Shown: in pieces, positions 38,490 to 51,260 of the stretch
How the letters are laid out: each line of letters opens with the position of its first letter
How positions within the stretch are numbered: position 1 is the stretch's first letter
Source: Mobula hypostoma
Taxonomy: Eukaryota
DNA: 64,000 nucleotides
Direction: 5' to 3'
Assembly (NCBI RefSeq): GCF_963921235.1
Contig: NC_086109.1
Span: 22,756,001 to 22,820,000 of the forward strand
Program-made: the position numbers and the translations under genes
The notes under the pieces: model-generated
Seen by the model: the letters and a program-made list of their open reading frames with translations, nothing else
Told to the model about the DNA's origin: nothing
Databases searched by the model: none

Positions 38490-38501
38490 TTTTCCTATCA
38501 T
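35448..38501 (-). CDS. CR1 ORF2: APE-like endonuclease plus reverse transcriptase (1017 aa, no stops)
   Basis: EN motifs NARS, ITETW, VYRPP, MGDFN and SDHN. RT motifs QHGF, LDFQKAFD, GVPQGSVLGP and FADD. Confidence 0.95.
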   Translation of the reverse strand: MIGKLEWLGGGNQIKETRREEVSSQQGDGNRCRETEGCKVRVEAKSTKEKSKSGRPTNPGQALKRATFQHNCIRAKRVVKERLKALCVNARSIRNKVDELKVQIVINDYDIDGITETWLQGDQGWELNVQEYSIFRRDRHEGRGGGVALLVKEEINAIERKDISREDVESIWVELRNTKGQKTLVGVVYRPPNSSSEVGDGIKQEIRNVCNKGTAVIMGDFNLHVDWVNQIGKGAEEEDFLECMRDGFLNQHVEEPTREQAILDWVLSNEEGLISNLVVRGPLGKSDHNMVEFFIKMESDIVNSETKVLNLKRGNFEGMRRELAKIDWQMTLKGLTVDMQWQAFKGCMDELQQLFIPVWQKNKSRKVVHPWLTREIRDSINSKEEAYKLARESGSPEDWEKFRVQQRRTKGLIRKEKKDYEKKLAGNIKTDCKSFYRYVKRKRLVKTNVGPLQTETGELIMGSKDMADQLNDYLGSVFTKEDINNLPEIVGDRGSSEMEELSEIHVSREVVLGKLKGLKADKSPGPDGLHPRLLKEVAQEIVDALVMIFQNSLDSGLVPEDWRVANVTPIFKKGGREKPGNYRPVSLMSVVGKLLESVIKDVITAHLESGEIIGQSQHGFVKGKSCLTNLIEFFEDVTSRVDGGEPVDVVYLDFQKAFDKVPHRRLVCKLKAHGIGGKVLMWMENWLADRKQRVGINGTFSEWQAVTSGVPQGSVLGPQLFTIYINDLDEGIKCSISKFADDTKLGGSVSCEEDAKRMQSDLDRLSEWANSWQMQSNVDKCEVIHFGGKNRKTDYYLNGGRLGKGEVQRDLGVIIHQSLKVGMQVQQAVKKVNGMLAFIARGFEYRSREVLLQLYKALVRPHLEYCVQFWSPNLRKDILAIEGVQRRFTRLIPGMAGLSYEERLDELGLYSLEFRRLRGDLIETYKILKGLDRLDVGRLFPMMGKSRTRGHSLRIKGMPFRTEIRKNFFTQRVVNLWNSLPQETAEASSLAVFKRELDMALVATGIRGYRGNAGAGF

Positions 38502-39079
38502 CTATGTGAGAATCTAGTTGTATTGCAACTAGACATAGATGTTTTCCAAAGATGGCCCAAACTGTTACCACTGCTGGTCAATGACTGGTTAACAAATAAG
38601 TTAGGGAATGTTTCATTGATTATGCATGATTAGTGAACAGTGAGAGATGATTAGTCAGTCCTATATCCATTTCATATTCTTTCCTTCAACAAATTTTCCA
38701 AGTGCACGTTGTGCAAGCACACAAAGCACAGTCAATTATTGGTATTTTGTGCCTCTGACATTTGGGCACAGAAGTGTTGTTTTAATATTTTTACCCTCAC
38801 AAATGGCCACTTAATTTCAGGTTACTGAAACGATTTTACATTGCATTGCCCTTTAAACAAGGACACCAAACCTTCTTATCTGGGTATGGTTCAATATGGA
38901 CTCCAATCCAACACCAGATGGCTCTTGACTCCCTCTGAAGTGGTGTCGGCAGCCACTCAGTTGTGACGAACCACTACAAAATTCAGTTCCAATTGTGGCG
39001 CTTCATTGCAACAAAATTTAATCAATTGAAAAATGTACACTGAAATAAGCAGGAGAAACAGACAAATATCACCCTAATA

Positions 39080-39525
39080 AACTGAGAGCCAGCTCCATCG
39101 AGAGCACTAGGCTCCACAGCATTGAGGACATCTTCAAAAGGCAATGTTTCAAAAAAAGGGGGCATCTATCATTAAGGACCCCCACCATCAGGGACGTGTT
39201 CTCTTCTGTACCTTCTCTCTGACGGTAGTAATAAGGAGTCTGAAGAAACACACTCAATGCTTCAGGAACGGGCTTCTTCCCCTCTGCCATCAGATTTCTG
39301 AATGAAAATGAACCCATAAACTCTACCGCAATATATCTGCTCTCTTTCTGCACTACTTATTTCAGTTCTTTTAACTTATTTATCTCAAATTGCAATTTAT
39401 AGTATTTTTATCTATTCCACTCTGCTGCTGCCACAAAACAACACATTTCACGACATATGTCAGTTCTCAGGTCTGAGTCGACGTCATCATCATCAGTAAT
39501 ATTAATCCTGATTCTGATTCTGAGG
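39080..39525 (+). mobile_element. Rex1/Babar LINE 3' end containing a 28-bp retroinsertion
   Basis: Tail (ctgatt)n. Insert at 39465-39492 flanked by TCAGT. Confidence 0.8.
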
Positions 39526-41099
39526 ACAGCACTGTAAATTCTGGTAGTGATACCCACATCCCAGGAATTAATTTTTAAAAAGTGCTGGGCACTGTGATTG
39601 GTTACTAAATCTAGACAGCTGGGACTTGTTTACTCCAGGTCGAGGCCTGGGCTGCGAGGATCAGTTCTGTGCTTTTTAAATCTAGTTTGGTTTTCAAGTT
39701 GGCACTCAGGAACGTTGCAGATAATTGTTTTTCTACTCCTTCAGTTAGTGCTCTTAACTCCACCTAATCAGGGTAGAGAGCCCAGTTAATGGCTGACTAA
39801 ACTGCAAAATAATGATAGGTTTAAATGCAGCGTAGGAGTGAAATATCTCACGGTTAAGGGGCAGAGGTACACAGTTAGTTCACTAATATGAAAGATCTGT
39901 CAATTCAGAAGCAATCCCGCATAATGACTCCTATTAGCAGTACAGAGGATTGTTCATCAGTCTTTTACCAATTCCTTAACCCTTAGATCCTTTCTCTCTC
40001 TTTGCTGACACATGCCACAATTTACATGAGCACTGGTATGCCCCTCTGATTCTTCACGTGGAAGCCCACTCAGTAACATAGGTTGCTCAGCCATGGGATG
40101 ACAGTACAAATGAGTTTCATCCTGTCTTCACCAAAATCATACTTCTATGCAAGTGTGGCTGGCTAATTCATTTTCCTTGCCACTTCATTCCTTCCCATCA
40201 GAAAATTTAATTCAATCCAACAATCCTAGTGGGACTGCTGAATAAGCATAGGTGCCAAATTTCAAGATGTATAGCAAGCCAAAGCCCCATGTGCCCTCCC
40301 ACGGAGCTGTAAGGATTCCCTTACCACTACTCAAAGCAGTGTTCTCCCTATCATTTTGCCCAACCAACATTATTAGTTATTGATGGGAGCAACTGTCTGC
40401 AACAGTTTAATGCAAACCCATTTAACGTCTTATTCCATTACTGCTTCCACTCTCTAGTCTTGCCTTCTAAGTGACCAAGATAGCAAGTAGAAAACCTGCT
40501 CCTATTGTCAGAAACTGGCATGAAGTTGCCAACCATTTCAAGGAACACAAAAATGTCACTTGGTGAGTCTGCATTCTTATAAACAATCACAGAGCAGAAT
40601 TCAAGGCCATTTGACCTATCATGTTTCTGCTAACATTCAGAAAGATACTGGTTCAAAGTGGGTCCCATTCTGATCTTTCCCCAAAGGCCTGAGAATGACT
40701 TCTTTTCAAGTATAAATCCAGCTATCCGTTGAAACTTACTATAGAACCCAATTCATTCACCTTTCCACAAGTTGATACATAAAATATGTTCTCCTTCATT
40801 TCTTGTAAGCCCCTATTGCTAACTGTGTGTTTTGGTTACTAAATCTCCTGCTATTTTACCTCATAATTCCTGATGTTTGAACACCTCTTTACATTCACCT
40901 TTAATTTCTCTGCTCTCCAGAAAATCAAAACAGACTTGTCTAGTCTTCTTGTCTAATTAAAGTTCCATGATCCTTTCACTGGTTCTGGTGAACCTTCACA
41001 TTTTCCAGTGTCTTGACTTCCTTCTTCAAATATGTTACTGAAAATTATGCAGACAAATCTATCATTGTCTCAACTAGTGATTTATAAAGATTTAATACC

Positions 41100-41845
41100 A
41101 AAGTTCAAATTAAATTTGTTATCAAAGTAAGTATATCTTTCCATATAACTACCTTAAGATTTATTTTCTTGCTGGAATTTACCAGAAAAATGAAGAAGTA
41201 CAATACAAGCTATGAAAAGCCATACATAAACAGAGACTGACAGACATCGATTGACGACAACCAACATGCAAACTGTTGCAAATAAAAAATATACTGAAGA
41301 CATGAGTTGTAAAAGATTCCTGGAAAGTGAGTCTGTAGATCATAGAATCAATTCGGAGTTGTGGTCAGTGAAGTTATCCACACTGGTTCAGGAGCCTGGT
41401 CATTGAAGGGTGGTTTGGGACCTAAGGCTTCTGTACATCGTTCCCAATGACAACAATGAGAAGAGAGCATGGTCTGGATGGTGGGGGTCTTTGATGATGG
41501 ATGTTGCTCTCTTGTGGCAGCGCTCCATATAAATGTACTTAATAGTGAGGAAGGCTTAGCCTGTGATCAACCAGGCTTTGTCAACCACTTTCTGTGATTT
41601 TTTCCATTCCGGGATTTTGGTGTTTCCATACCAGGCCATCATGCAGCCAGTTAGCATCTATAGGAGTTTGTCAAAGTTTTTGGAGACATGCCCAATCAAT
41701 GCAAATTTCTAAGAAAATAGAGGTGATGTTGTGCTTTCTTTGTGATGGCATTCGCATACTGGTTCCAAGATTAATCCTCTGATATGTTAGCACCAAGGAA
41801 TTTAAAGTTATCACACTCTCCACCTCTGATCCCTTAATGAGGACT
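41100..41845 (-). mobile_element. Rex1/Babar LINE 3' fragment
   Basis: Reads IKGSEVESV. Tail as in the other copies. Confidence 0.8.
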
Positions 41846-42058
41846 ATTATCAACAGGAATCACCAGAAATCATTTTCAGGATTTCCCTTCAGCACTTACC
41901 AATTAGACTTGGAACACACTTTGTGTGAGACTGTCATCACACATTAGTGTTGAAGGATTTTCTTGAGGTGCCACAGTCATGTAGGCAAACAGCTGTGAAA
42001 AACTGACATAAAACCTGGAAAGAGTTAACAAAACAGGGAAGAAGAAAGCTGAGACATA

Positions 42059-42639
42059 CACTCAGTGGCCATTTTATTATGTACACCTGTACTCCTGCTT
42101 GTTAATGCAAATATCTAATCAGCCAATCATGTGGCAGCAACTCAATGTATAAAAGCATGCAGACATGGTCAAGAGGTTCAGTTATTGTTCAGACCAAACA
42201 TCAGAATGGGGAAGAAATGTGATATAAGTGACATTGATTTGTGGAATGATATTTGGTGCTAGTCTGAGGAGCTCTGGAACAGCTAATCTAATAGGATTTT
42301 CATGCACAACGGTCTCTAGAGTTTACAAAGAATGATGCAAAAAAACAAAGAAACATCCAGCGAGCTGCATTTTTGTGGGTGAAAATGCCCTGTTACTGAG
42401 AGAGGTCAGGGGAGAATGGCCAGACAGGTTCAAGCTGACAGGAAGGCGACAGTAACTTAAATAACCATGTGTTACAACAGAGCGTGCAGAAGAGCATCTC
42501 TGAATGCAAAGCATGTTGAACCTTGAAGTGGATGGGCTACAGCAGCTGAAGACAATGAATATACACTCAGTGGCCAAATATACACTCAATGGCCACTTTA
42601 TTAGGTACAGGAGATACCTAATAATATAGCCACTGAGTG
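42059..42639 (+). mobile_element. Internally deleted Tc1/mariner element retaining the 5' part of the transposase
   Basis: Termini TA|CACTCAGTGGCC...GCCACTGAGTG. Remnant MGKKCDISD..GMIFGAS of the DNA-binding region from about 42206. Confidence 0.8.
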
Positions 42640-44802
42640 TTGAATCATTTTCAGTTGGCTGCGTGGCCATTCAAGGAACATCCACATGTTGCCCTTTCCA
42701 AAAGCTTCAATGAAGATGTAAGTTGATATGAAATATCAATCTGGACTTCCAACTGATTAGGGGAGGTCTTTGAAAAGCTTTACAAACTGACCTATTTCCA
42801 TTTCAAAAGGAATTAAACACCATGGCATTATGCCCAGAGAGCTGCAGATGGTCAATAAATAGATTGCAGCTGATTTAAATGGACAAGACACACATTTTAC
42901 ATCATAGAAATAATATTTTCAGTAACTTCTTCACAACTAAAGGATACTTTTAACAAGCCTTTTATTCATTGAATCAATACAGATTGAAGAGCCATATAAT
43001 AGAAATATTTAAAGTATGAAGAAAATGTTTGCATTTAAATAATAATGGAAGGCAAAAACAAAGTTTTCTTTTCTGTAGCACCTTTCATCACCTTGGAATA
43101 TCTCAAAACTCTTACCCTTTACAATTAATCATGATTGTAACAGAGCTCTCTGGCCAATTATATAGGGACATAGATAAATAATTAATTTTGATTTAAAACA
43201 AGGGCAAGGAAATCTGTGCATGCTAGGTGCTAATGAATGTCAGAAATGTATCAATATTTGAGATGAGATTGATAAACTCATGGAAGCTATATACTTCCTC
43301 ACCAGATCCTGAATTTGACCTTGACAAAAATATTTCGTATTGATTTTCTCTAGTATGCTCTTCACTCAAGAATTTTAAAGCACAGTATCTCTGAGAAACT
43401 TGGATGAAAGACTCAGATGCACCATACAGGATTTCAACAGAGCTGCAGGGCATAGGCTTAAAAGTCAATTCAAAACCCATATGAGGTGATCTCACCCTTG
43501 GGTTTAAAAAGCTTAAATATTGCAAATGGAAAGACAGGACTGAGTTCAGAATTTCCAAGAAATGCTAGGCTCAAGACAGAAGAGACTGTAGATGCTGGAA
43601 TATGGAGCATAAAAACAGGATGCTGGAGGAACTCAGCAGCTCAGGCAACATCAATGGAGGGAGATGGACAGCTGCCGTTTTGGGTTGACAATAGACTATG
43701 TTGTGATGTGAACAAAGTCAGCAGTGAGACACTGAAGCTAGTGGATACAGAAGTATTCTATTCAACAAAAAAAAAGCAGCAGGCATCACATTGGTACACT
43801 CTTGGAAGAAGAGGCATGCACGATATTTTTATATGCTTAAGATCAAAGGTAACAGCAGGACAATTCTATGTTTACAATGTACCTACAATGCTTCCTATGA
43901 ATTACATATAGTTTTCAAAGAGCTCCTTCTTCACACCCACACTCCAGACACCCAAAATGACAGACTGGGCAGTCTATGCTTGGTTTTCCTTGGCTTGACA
44001 AAAGCTGTGGAATGCCGTAACTGAGGTATATGAAATAATAAGAGGCATAGATATGGTACATTTTCAGAATCTTTGAGGGGGAAGTTGTTACACATATCAA
44101 AAACTCAGTTCCAGAGGAGGAGGCAGAGTCAGATACAATCACACTTAAATAGGCACTTAGGCAAGGCACAGAAGGTAACAGATGTAATTCAGGCATATAG
44201 GATTAGTGTGGACAGGCAAAAGGGTCAGCATGGATGTTGTGGCTGAAGGGCCTTTTCCTGTGCTGTACAATTGTATGACTATGATTCTTGAAAATGTTGA
44301 ATAAATTTAAATCCACTTCAATTGTTGACTTATTTTAAAATTTTGGCGTTTAAAGCTGTTTAATTTAAAAAATGCATCAACTGGTAATAATTTTTCTCCA
44401 GGTGTCTAGTTTCCTCCCACAGTCCAAAGGCATACCAGTTGGTAGGTTAATTGGTCATTGTAAAATGTCCCGTGATTCGGCTAGAGTTAAATTGGGGGTT
44501 GCAGGGCAGCACGGTTCGAAGGGCTGGAAGGGTCTGTTCCATGTTGTACCTCAATTAAAAAATACAATGAATTTTAAATAGATTTTTCCAGACATTCATT
44601 AGTGCAAATTTCTAGTATTACCAGCCAGTATGCATGGAGCTGTGGCTTATTCAGCTTTCAGGTACTTCCCTGACTGAGGCTTTTGATTAATGGCAGCAAG
44701 GCTCTGCAGTCCTCTAGACTTTCTCAAGCATGAGCCAGCATCAGAGTGTTACTGTTAAACATAAATATGGATAGAGGATTGTCTACCTTGGTTTCCAGAT
44801 TG

Positions 44803-45790
44803 ACGATCATTCATTTATTATGTACCGTGTCGTATGACATGGGCATTCATGGTCTTTCCAAACTTTCTTTTTTTTTGGTCAAGAATGATTGTTCTTGGCA
44901 ATTTTTTTTTCTGCAGAAGTGGTTTGCCATTGCTGCCTTCTGGGCAGCGTCTTTCCAAGGTGGGTGACCCTAGCCATTATCAATACTCTTCAGTGATTTT
45001 CTGCCCAGTGTCTGTGGTCACACAACCAGGACTTGTGATCTCCCCTTATTCTCCTGTGCTCCAGGGAATAAAGTGCAAACCTATCAACCTTTCCCCATAA
45101 TATAGGTCCTCAAGTCCTAGCCCAAAGTCCTAACCTATCAACCTTTCTCTATAACAGGTTCTCAAGTCCTAGCCTAAAGTCCTAACCTGTCAACCTTTCC
45201 CCAAAATACAGGTCCTCAAGTCCTGGCAACATTGATGCGAATTTACTCTGTATTTTTCTATCTTATTGACATCTTTCCTGTATATAGGTGACCAGAATTG
45301 CATACAATACTCCATATCAGGCTTCACCAACATTTTATACAACTTCAACATAAGATCCCAATACAATACTCTGGCTATGAAGGCCAAAGTGTCAAATGCA
45401 TTTTTTTTACCATCTTATGTACCTGCGACTGTTTGTTCGTCCGCGCTGTATCATATTATTTAGGTGATCATGGTCTTTCCTTAACCATGATTGTTCTTGG
45501 CAACTTTTTCTACAAAACTGGTTTGCCATTGCCTTCTTCTGGGCAGCGTCTTTACAAGACAGCTGGCCTCAGGCATTATCAATATTCTTCAGAGATTGTC
45601 TGCCTGGTATCAGTACTTGCATAGCCAGGTCTTGTGATATGCACCAACTGCTCATACAACCATCCAGCACCTGCTCCCAAGGCTTTACATGACCCTGATT
45701 GGGGGGCTCACCTTGACCAATGGCAACCTGCAGGCTAGCAAAGGAAAGAAGCACCTTCCACCTCCTTTGGTAGAGACATATCTCCAGCCC
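44803..45790 (-). mobile_element. Two copies of an RTE-tail-like short retroelement flanking a CR1 fragment (about 45040-45430)
   Basis: Both copies carry minus-strand ggcagcaatggcaaaccact / gaaggcaatggcaaaccagt..ttgccaagaacaatcat, which resembles BovB-type RTE 3' ends. Confidence 0.6.
45070..45227. repeat. Tandem triplication of a 52-54-bp unit within CR1
   Basis: aaagtcctaacctatcaacctttcccc..aggtcctcaagtcctagcc occurs three times. Confidence 0.9.
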
Positions 45791-47619
45791 CTCAACCAGT
45801 ATCAAGATATCATAGCTAAAATGCAAAAGATTTTCCCCAGAATCTCAGCCATTATTTATTACTCAATTACATAATTATTACTTCGGTTTATGAGAGTGCT
45901 CTGTGTACACATAGATTGCATTAAATCATTGTCATTGTTTCAAAAATACTTCTTTGGATCGAAAATGCCTTGGAATGTCCAGCGGTCATAAAATTTGCTA
46001 AATGAATGCTTTCATTTTTCAGCTTTTCCATGCACGGGAAAATAACCAGGTATACAACAGGGATGCAATCATCAAATGCAATTATAAAAATCATGTTGTT
46101 ATAAAATGCAATGAATTAGTTTAATGCTTGAGTAAGAGACAAGTGGGATTTATAACATGAATTCATAGGATCTCTCAACAGCCTTAACTTTGCAGTCAGA
46201 ATTCCTTATTTAAAAGAAAATAATTTATTGTAATAAACCAAAGTTTAGAGCGATGGCACAATATCTGCAAATGATATTTTGTGCAGAATCCTTTGAGAAA
46301 ATACACTTCTGAATGCCTTTCCTCAGACTTGAGCCTTCAGGTAAAAATACACTGCATGTTTTTACAACTGAAGCTGCCTTCAGAAGCGAAGAAGAATCAC
46401 AGGTAGGACAAAAACAGCTCATTTTGACTTGCTCAATATTATCAACAAAATTATTGACAACTGTAGTGCTAAGTTTTAGTTACCATTTTATAACAAGATA
46501 TTTGGGAATGCAAAATTCAAGAATGTTCTCAGGAGGTTTGATAGGGAAACCTGAACAGATAGGTCATGGAAAAGAAGTGTTTAAACTTGAGTATAGGTTC
46601 AATAAGCTGCAAGTAGAGGATACCATTTGTGCGGTAGTGAATAAACCAGCCAGTAATGCGTCCAATAAGGAATTCAAGGAAATCTTTGTTACCCAGATGG
46701 TGAGAGGTTGTGGAACTCACTGCCATAAAATATCATGGAGGAAGTGCTATAATACATTTATGGGATAGATTTGATGAACACACGAAGTAAATCTAAAAGC
46801 TGCAGATGCTGAAATTCTGAAATAAAAATTTAAAAATAATGGAAATACCTAGCAGGTTAGGCAGCATCTGCTGAAAGAAAATCTAGTTAACATTCCAGGT
46901 CAGACATCCTTTCTGAGAAAGCAAATTGATAAAGGGGCTTTGGCCTTGAGTGCTTACTTTGTTTCTCTTTGCACAGAAGCTGCCTGAACTGTTTTTCCAC
47001 CATTTCCCTTCTTTTTAAAAAAACATGAGGAAGAATGAAATAGAAGAATGTATTGGTGGCTTTAGATGAAAATGAAAGGGTCAAGAGACTCAGCTGGAGC
47101 ATTAAATCCAACAATTACCCTTCTGTTCCTCTGCTTTTCTTCCTTGTAAAGGTGCATCAAATAAACCTCAGTACTTTTAAGATGACTCAGCAGCAGTTAG
47201 ATATGGTTAACTTGTAACCAGTGATGAAATTAGGTTCCCATGCCAGGATTAGGGGTGGTTCGGGGTGAACATTTTTAACCCACATAACCAAAATTACAGT
47301 TTTAAAACTGATTCATAAATGTAATTGCAGCAAGCTAACAATGGTGCCTTTAACGTAACAAAATGTGTTTCAGATTTTAAAATATGAAAGAATTAAAGCA
47401 AATCAGGTCTAAGGTCCTGGTTTGTAAAGGAATAGAGAAACCTGTGGAAGGAGTTGTGTCATTTGAAGGCCTAGACAACCGTAGACAGAGCAGAAGAAAT
47501 CTGAGATCTGCAGGGGGTGAAATGAAAGAAAGCAGAATTCTCAGAAAGTTGTGGGGCTGGTACAACATAGGGGTGAGGTTATGAAAGGCATTTTATCATG
47601 AGGATGAGAATATTAAAAA

Positions 47620-48597
47620 GGTTCAAAGTTTAAAGTAAATTTTATTATCAAAATATATATATGTCACCACATACAACCCTGAGATTCATTTTCCTGTGGG
47701 CATACTGAGCAAAACTATAACAGGATCAATGAAAGATCAACCAGAGTCAGAAGACAACAAACTGTGCAAATGCAAGTATAAATAAAATGCAATAAATAAT
47801 GAGAAAGTGAGATAATGAGATAAAGAGACCTTGAAAGAGAGATCACTGGTTGTGGGAACATTTCAATGATAGGGCAAGTGTGTGTAGTTGTCTCCTTTCA
47901 TTCAAGAGCCTGATGGTTGATGGGTAGAGACTGCTGATGGCGGCAGCAGCAAGAAGAGAGTATGACCTGTGTTGTGGGGATCTCTGATGATGGATGCTGC
48001 TTTCCTACGACAGCATTTGGCGTGGATGTGCTCAATGGTTGCAAGCATTTTACCCGTGATGTACTGGGCCGAATCCACTACCTTTTGTAGGATTTTCCAT
48101 TCAAAAGCTTTGGTGTTTCCATACCAGGCTGTGACGCAGTCAGCAAATGCAAATATAAATAAATAGCAATAAATAATGAGAACATGAGACACTACGCATC
48201 TATAGAAGTTTGTCGGAGTTTTAGATGTCATGCCAAATCTCTGCAAACTCCTAAGGAAGTAGAGGCACTGTCGTGCTTTCTTTGCAGTTGCGCCTACATG
48301 CAGGGTCCAGGACAGATCCGCTGAAATAGTAACACCAGGAGTTTAAAGTTGCTGACCCTCTACCCCGCTGATCCTCTGATGAAGACTGGCTCATGAATCT
48401 TTGGTCTATAATTAGCTCCTTGGTCTTCCTGACATTGAGTGAGAGGTTGTTGTTATGACACTTCTCAGCCAAATTTTCAATCTCCCTCCTATATGCTGAT
48501 TTGTCACCATTTTTTATTTGGTCTACAACAGTGGTGTTATCGCCAAACTTGAATATGTCATTAGAGCTTTGCTTAGCCACACAATCATAAGTAGACA
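47620..48597 (-). mobile_element. Rex1/Babar LINE fragment, apparently inside an ancient L2-like remnant
   Basis: Reads IFKFGDNTTVV..NNLSLNVRKTKELIID. Confidence 0.85.
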
Positions 48598-49221
48598 CAA
48601 TTAAAAGTAAAGCTAATAATGTCTAAGTATTGATATGGATTAGATCAATGTTACAGAGCTTTGGAGACTAGAGGTAATGGAGAGGAGATGACGTCAGCAA
48701 AAGTTACATTGAAATTCCAGACAGGACAAAAGCGTACTAGAGATGAGGGTTTTAGCAGTGGATGAGTGAAGATAGGTGATTTTAAAGAGATGGAATTACA
48801 CAGGTGTGATTTATATAGCTGGAAGTTCAACTCGGGGTCATGTAGAAGCCAAAAGCTGTACCCAGCTTTCTTTGATTGTGGAACAATGAACTTTCTGCTG
48901 GAGGAACTCAGTCGATAAAGCAACATCTGTGGAGGGGGTGGAGAAGAATTGTCAATGTTTCAGGTCAAAGTCCTGCATCAGGAATCATGAGTTCCTTCAG
49001 CAGATAGTTTGTTGCTCCAGTTTCCAACATCTGCAGTCTCTTGTGTCCCTTGCTTCGATGTGAAGCAGCAGCTATGAAGGAGCAGATGGCAGAGTTGCAA
49101 CCTAAGAAATGAAGTTTGTGATGGGATCCAACAGAACAGCTTCCAGCTTCCCAATATTTTACTGGAGAAAATCTCAGGTAATCCAGTATTGAATATTGGA
49201 GAAACAGTCTCAACTCTGAGG

Positions 49222-49440
49222 GGAGGAGGGGGAACATCGACTCAGACCATGAGAGGTCTGTGTCAGGCATTTTCATGCCTTACAAGGCACAGATTGGAAG
49301 TCTGTGTGGGGCACCACTCCTCGCACAGACACTAGAGCAATGCTCAAGGACACAAACACGCTGCCACAGTTGAGGCTCGAACTAGCGACCATGAGATCAC
49401 TAGACAAACACCTTAACCACTTGGCTACGTGCCCAACACA
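49222..49440 (-). mobile_element. tRNA-Thr(AGT)-derived SINE with a CORE-like segment
   Basis: A-box tagccaagtgg, loop ctagtga and B-box-like gttcgagcc. TSD aactct(g/c)agg at 49212-49221 and 49441-49450. Confidence 0.85.
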
Positions 49441-49959
49441 AACTCTCAGGCAATGCATTACAAAATTTTTGGATAATTATAATGTGTTACCAAAATGATG
49501 AAATAAAAACATTAATTTCACTATTGAAATCACTAGGTAGTCACTAGACCATACACATTACTCAACTCTTTTGTGCTGGCTGAAGAAATTAATAAGTGTG
49601 TCCACTTTCATGCAATGATCTTTAAAAGCAACTGAAGTACTTGAATATTCGTGAGATACTGGGAACCAATGGAATACATCCAAACATACTTCAGATAATG
49701 AATGCAGCAGTAAGTGACTGGTAATGGGATGGTTTTAAAAGTCTCTGAGTAGAGTCACAACTGGAAGGTTGCTAAAGTGAAAGCTAGAGTTCATAGAATA
49801 ATTGAAGTACTCTAAAGTACCCATTGTAGAGAATAGAATTCTTTAGCCACAAAAGATCAGCGAAAGTGAAATTTAAGCACAAAATAACTAATAAGGTGAT
49901 GCTATGTCTGTGGTAAAACATTAAAAGGCCAAACAAAGTAGTAGTTTTGACTCAATGCC

Positions 49960-50925
49960 TTTCCGCTTTAATGTCTGCCTTTCCCAAGAGCAGTCTCCCA
50001 ATAGATGGGAAGTTTTTCATGTTTTGCCGGACCAATCCATGATCCTGTAGTTTTGGATGGGCAGTATGGATTGACAGGGGCAGGGTAGTAGAGGATCATT
50101 GCCTTGTGGATGTTGAGTGGAAGATCCATCCCTTCATATGCTTCAATGAAAGTATCAATCTCAGCCAAGTGTACATGTTAACTGCAAAATACAGGCTAAA
50201 CCACTGAAGTCTGGGTAACCTTGGTTGTGGAATGTTGCCTCTGTTGGTTGAACAGCTTCCCATTAGCTCCACTCCCAAGGGAAGTTTGTTGGATTGTGAT
50301 GCAATACTGCAGCAAGGAGGATTGAGTAAAGTATTGGGGAATGTTGCAACCTTGTTTGACACCTGCATTCACTGAGAACAGTTCTACTGTGGACCCATTG
50401 GTGAAGACCACAGGTTGCAAACTGCTATGGAAAAAAGCGTAAGGTGGAGAAAAATTTCTATTGAGTTTGAGGATAGTGTTCCACAATATCTCCTGATTGA
50501 GTAAAAGATTTTTGGTGAGGTAATTAAAGGTCATACAGACTGTGCAAAAGCCTTAGGCACATGTTCTGTATATAGCTAGAGTGCCCAAGACTTTTGTACA
50601 GTACTATATAGAGAGACTGGTGCTGCTCCTTGCTTTATCTTTGAGTTGTCACGTGGTGAACAAAGACCATGTCCACTGTGTCCCTGGATGGATGGAATCC
50701 ACTTGGTGACTCAGGGGCACCCATTGGTAGAAGATGATTGAGGAGAATCCCAGAAATGACTTTCTCCATGGCAGACAGCAAAGAGATCCCTCTGTCATGC
50801 TGAGGTTGGATATCTTTATTAACCATTACCTCATCTCTGAAGCCCCAGGTATAGGTACTCTCCTCCTCCCAGATGTGATCACTGTGGATCTGTGGATGAA
50901 GTTCTTCATTGCCAAATTATGATTT
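49960..50925 (-). mobile_element. Old RTE-clade LINE RT fragment
   Basis: Reads RGISLLSAMEKVISGILLNHL, ESPSGFHPSRDTVDMVF and GVKQGC. Confidence 0.75.
50536..50606. mobile_element. ~70-bp Tc1/mariner-type MITE
   Basis: TA-flanked palindrome cagactgtgcaaaagccttaggcac...gtgcccaagacttttgtacagtact. Confidence 0.75.
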
Positions 50926-50929
50926 GCAG

Positions 50930-51260
50930 GGCAAAGTAAAGAGAATGCACACAAGCTTTTCCCCAGGGAAACGGAATCAAAATCTAGAGGTGTAGGTTTA
51001 AGGTGAACGAGGAGTCTTTTAAAAGAGCCCTGAGGGGTAACTTCTTCGTGCAGAGGGTGGTGCTTATACGGAACAAGTTGCTAGAAGAAGTGCTTCAGGA
51101 AGGTATAACAACAACATATAAAGGACACTTAGACAGGTACATAGATAGAAAATCTTTAGAGGGATATGGACCAAACATAGGCAAATGGGTTTAGCTCAGA
51201 TGGGTATCTTGGTCAGCATGGATGGGTTGGGCTGAAAGGCCTGTTTTGCTCTATGATTCA
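50930..51260 (+). mobile_element. CR1 3' fragment
   Basis: Reads LRGNFFVQRVVL. CR1 tail present. Confidence 0.8.

Noticed and set aside
45070..45227. CRISPR-like repeat array
   Set aside because: There are no unique spacers; it is a tandem repeat of CR1 sequence in eukaryotic DNA.
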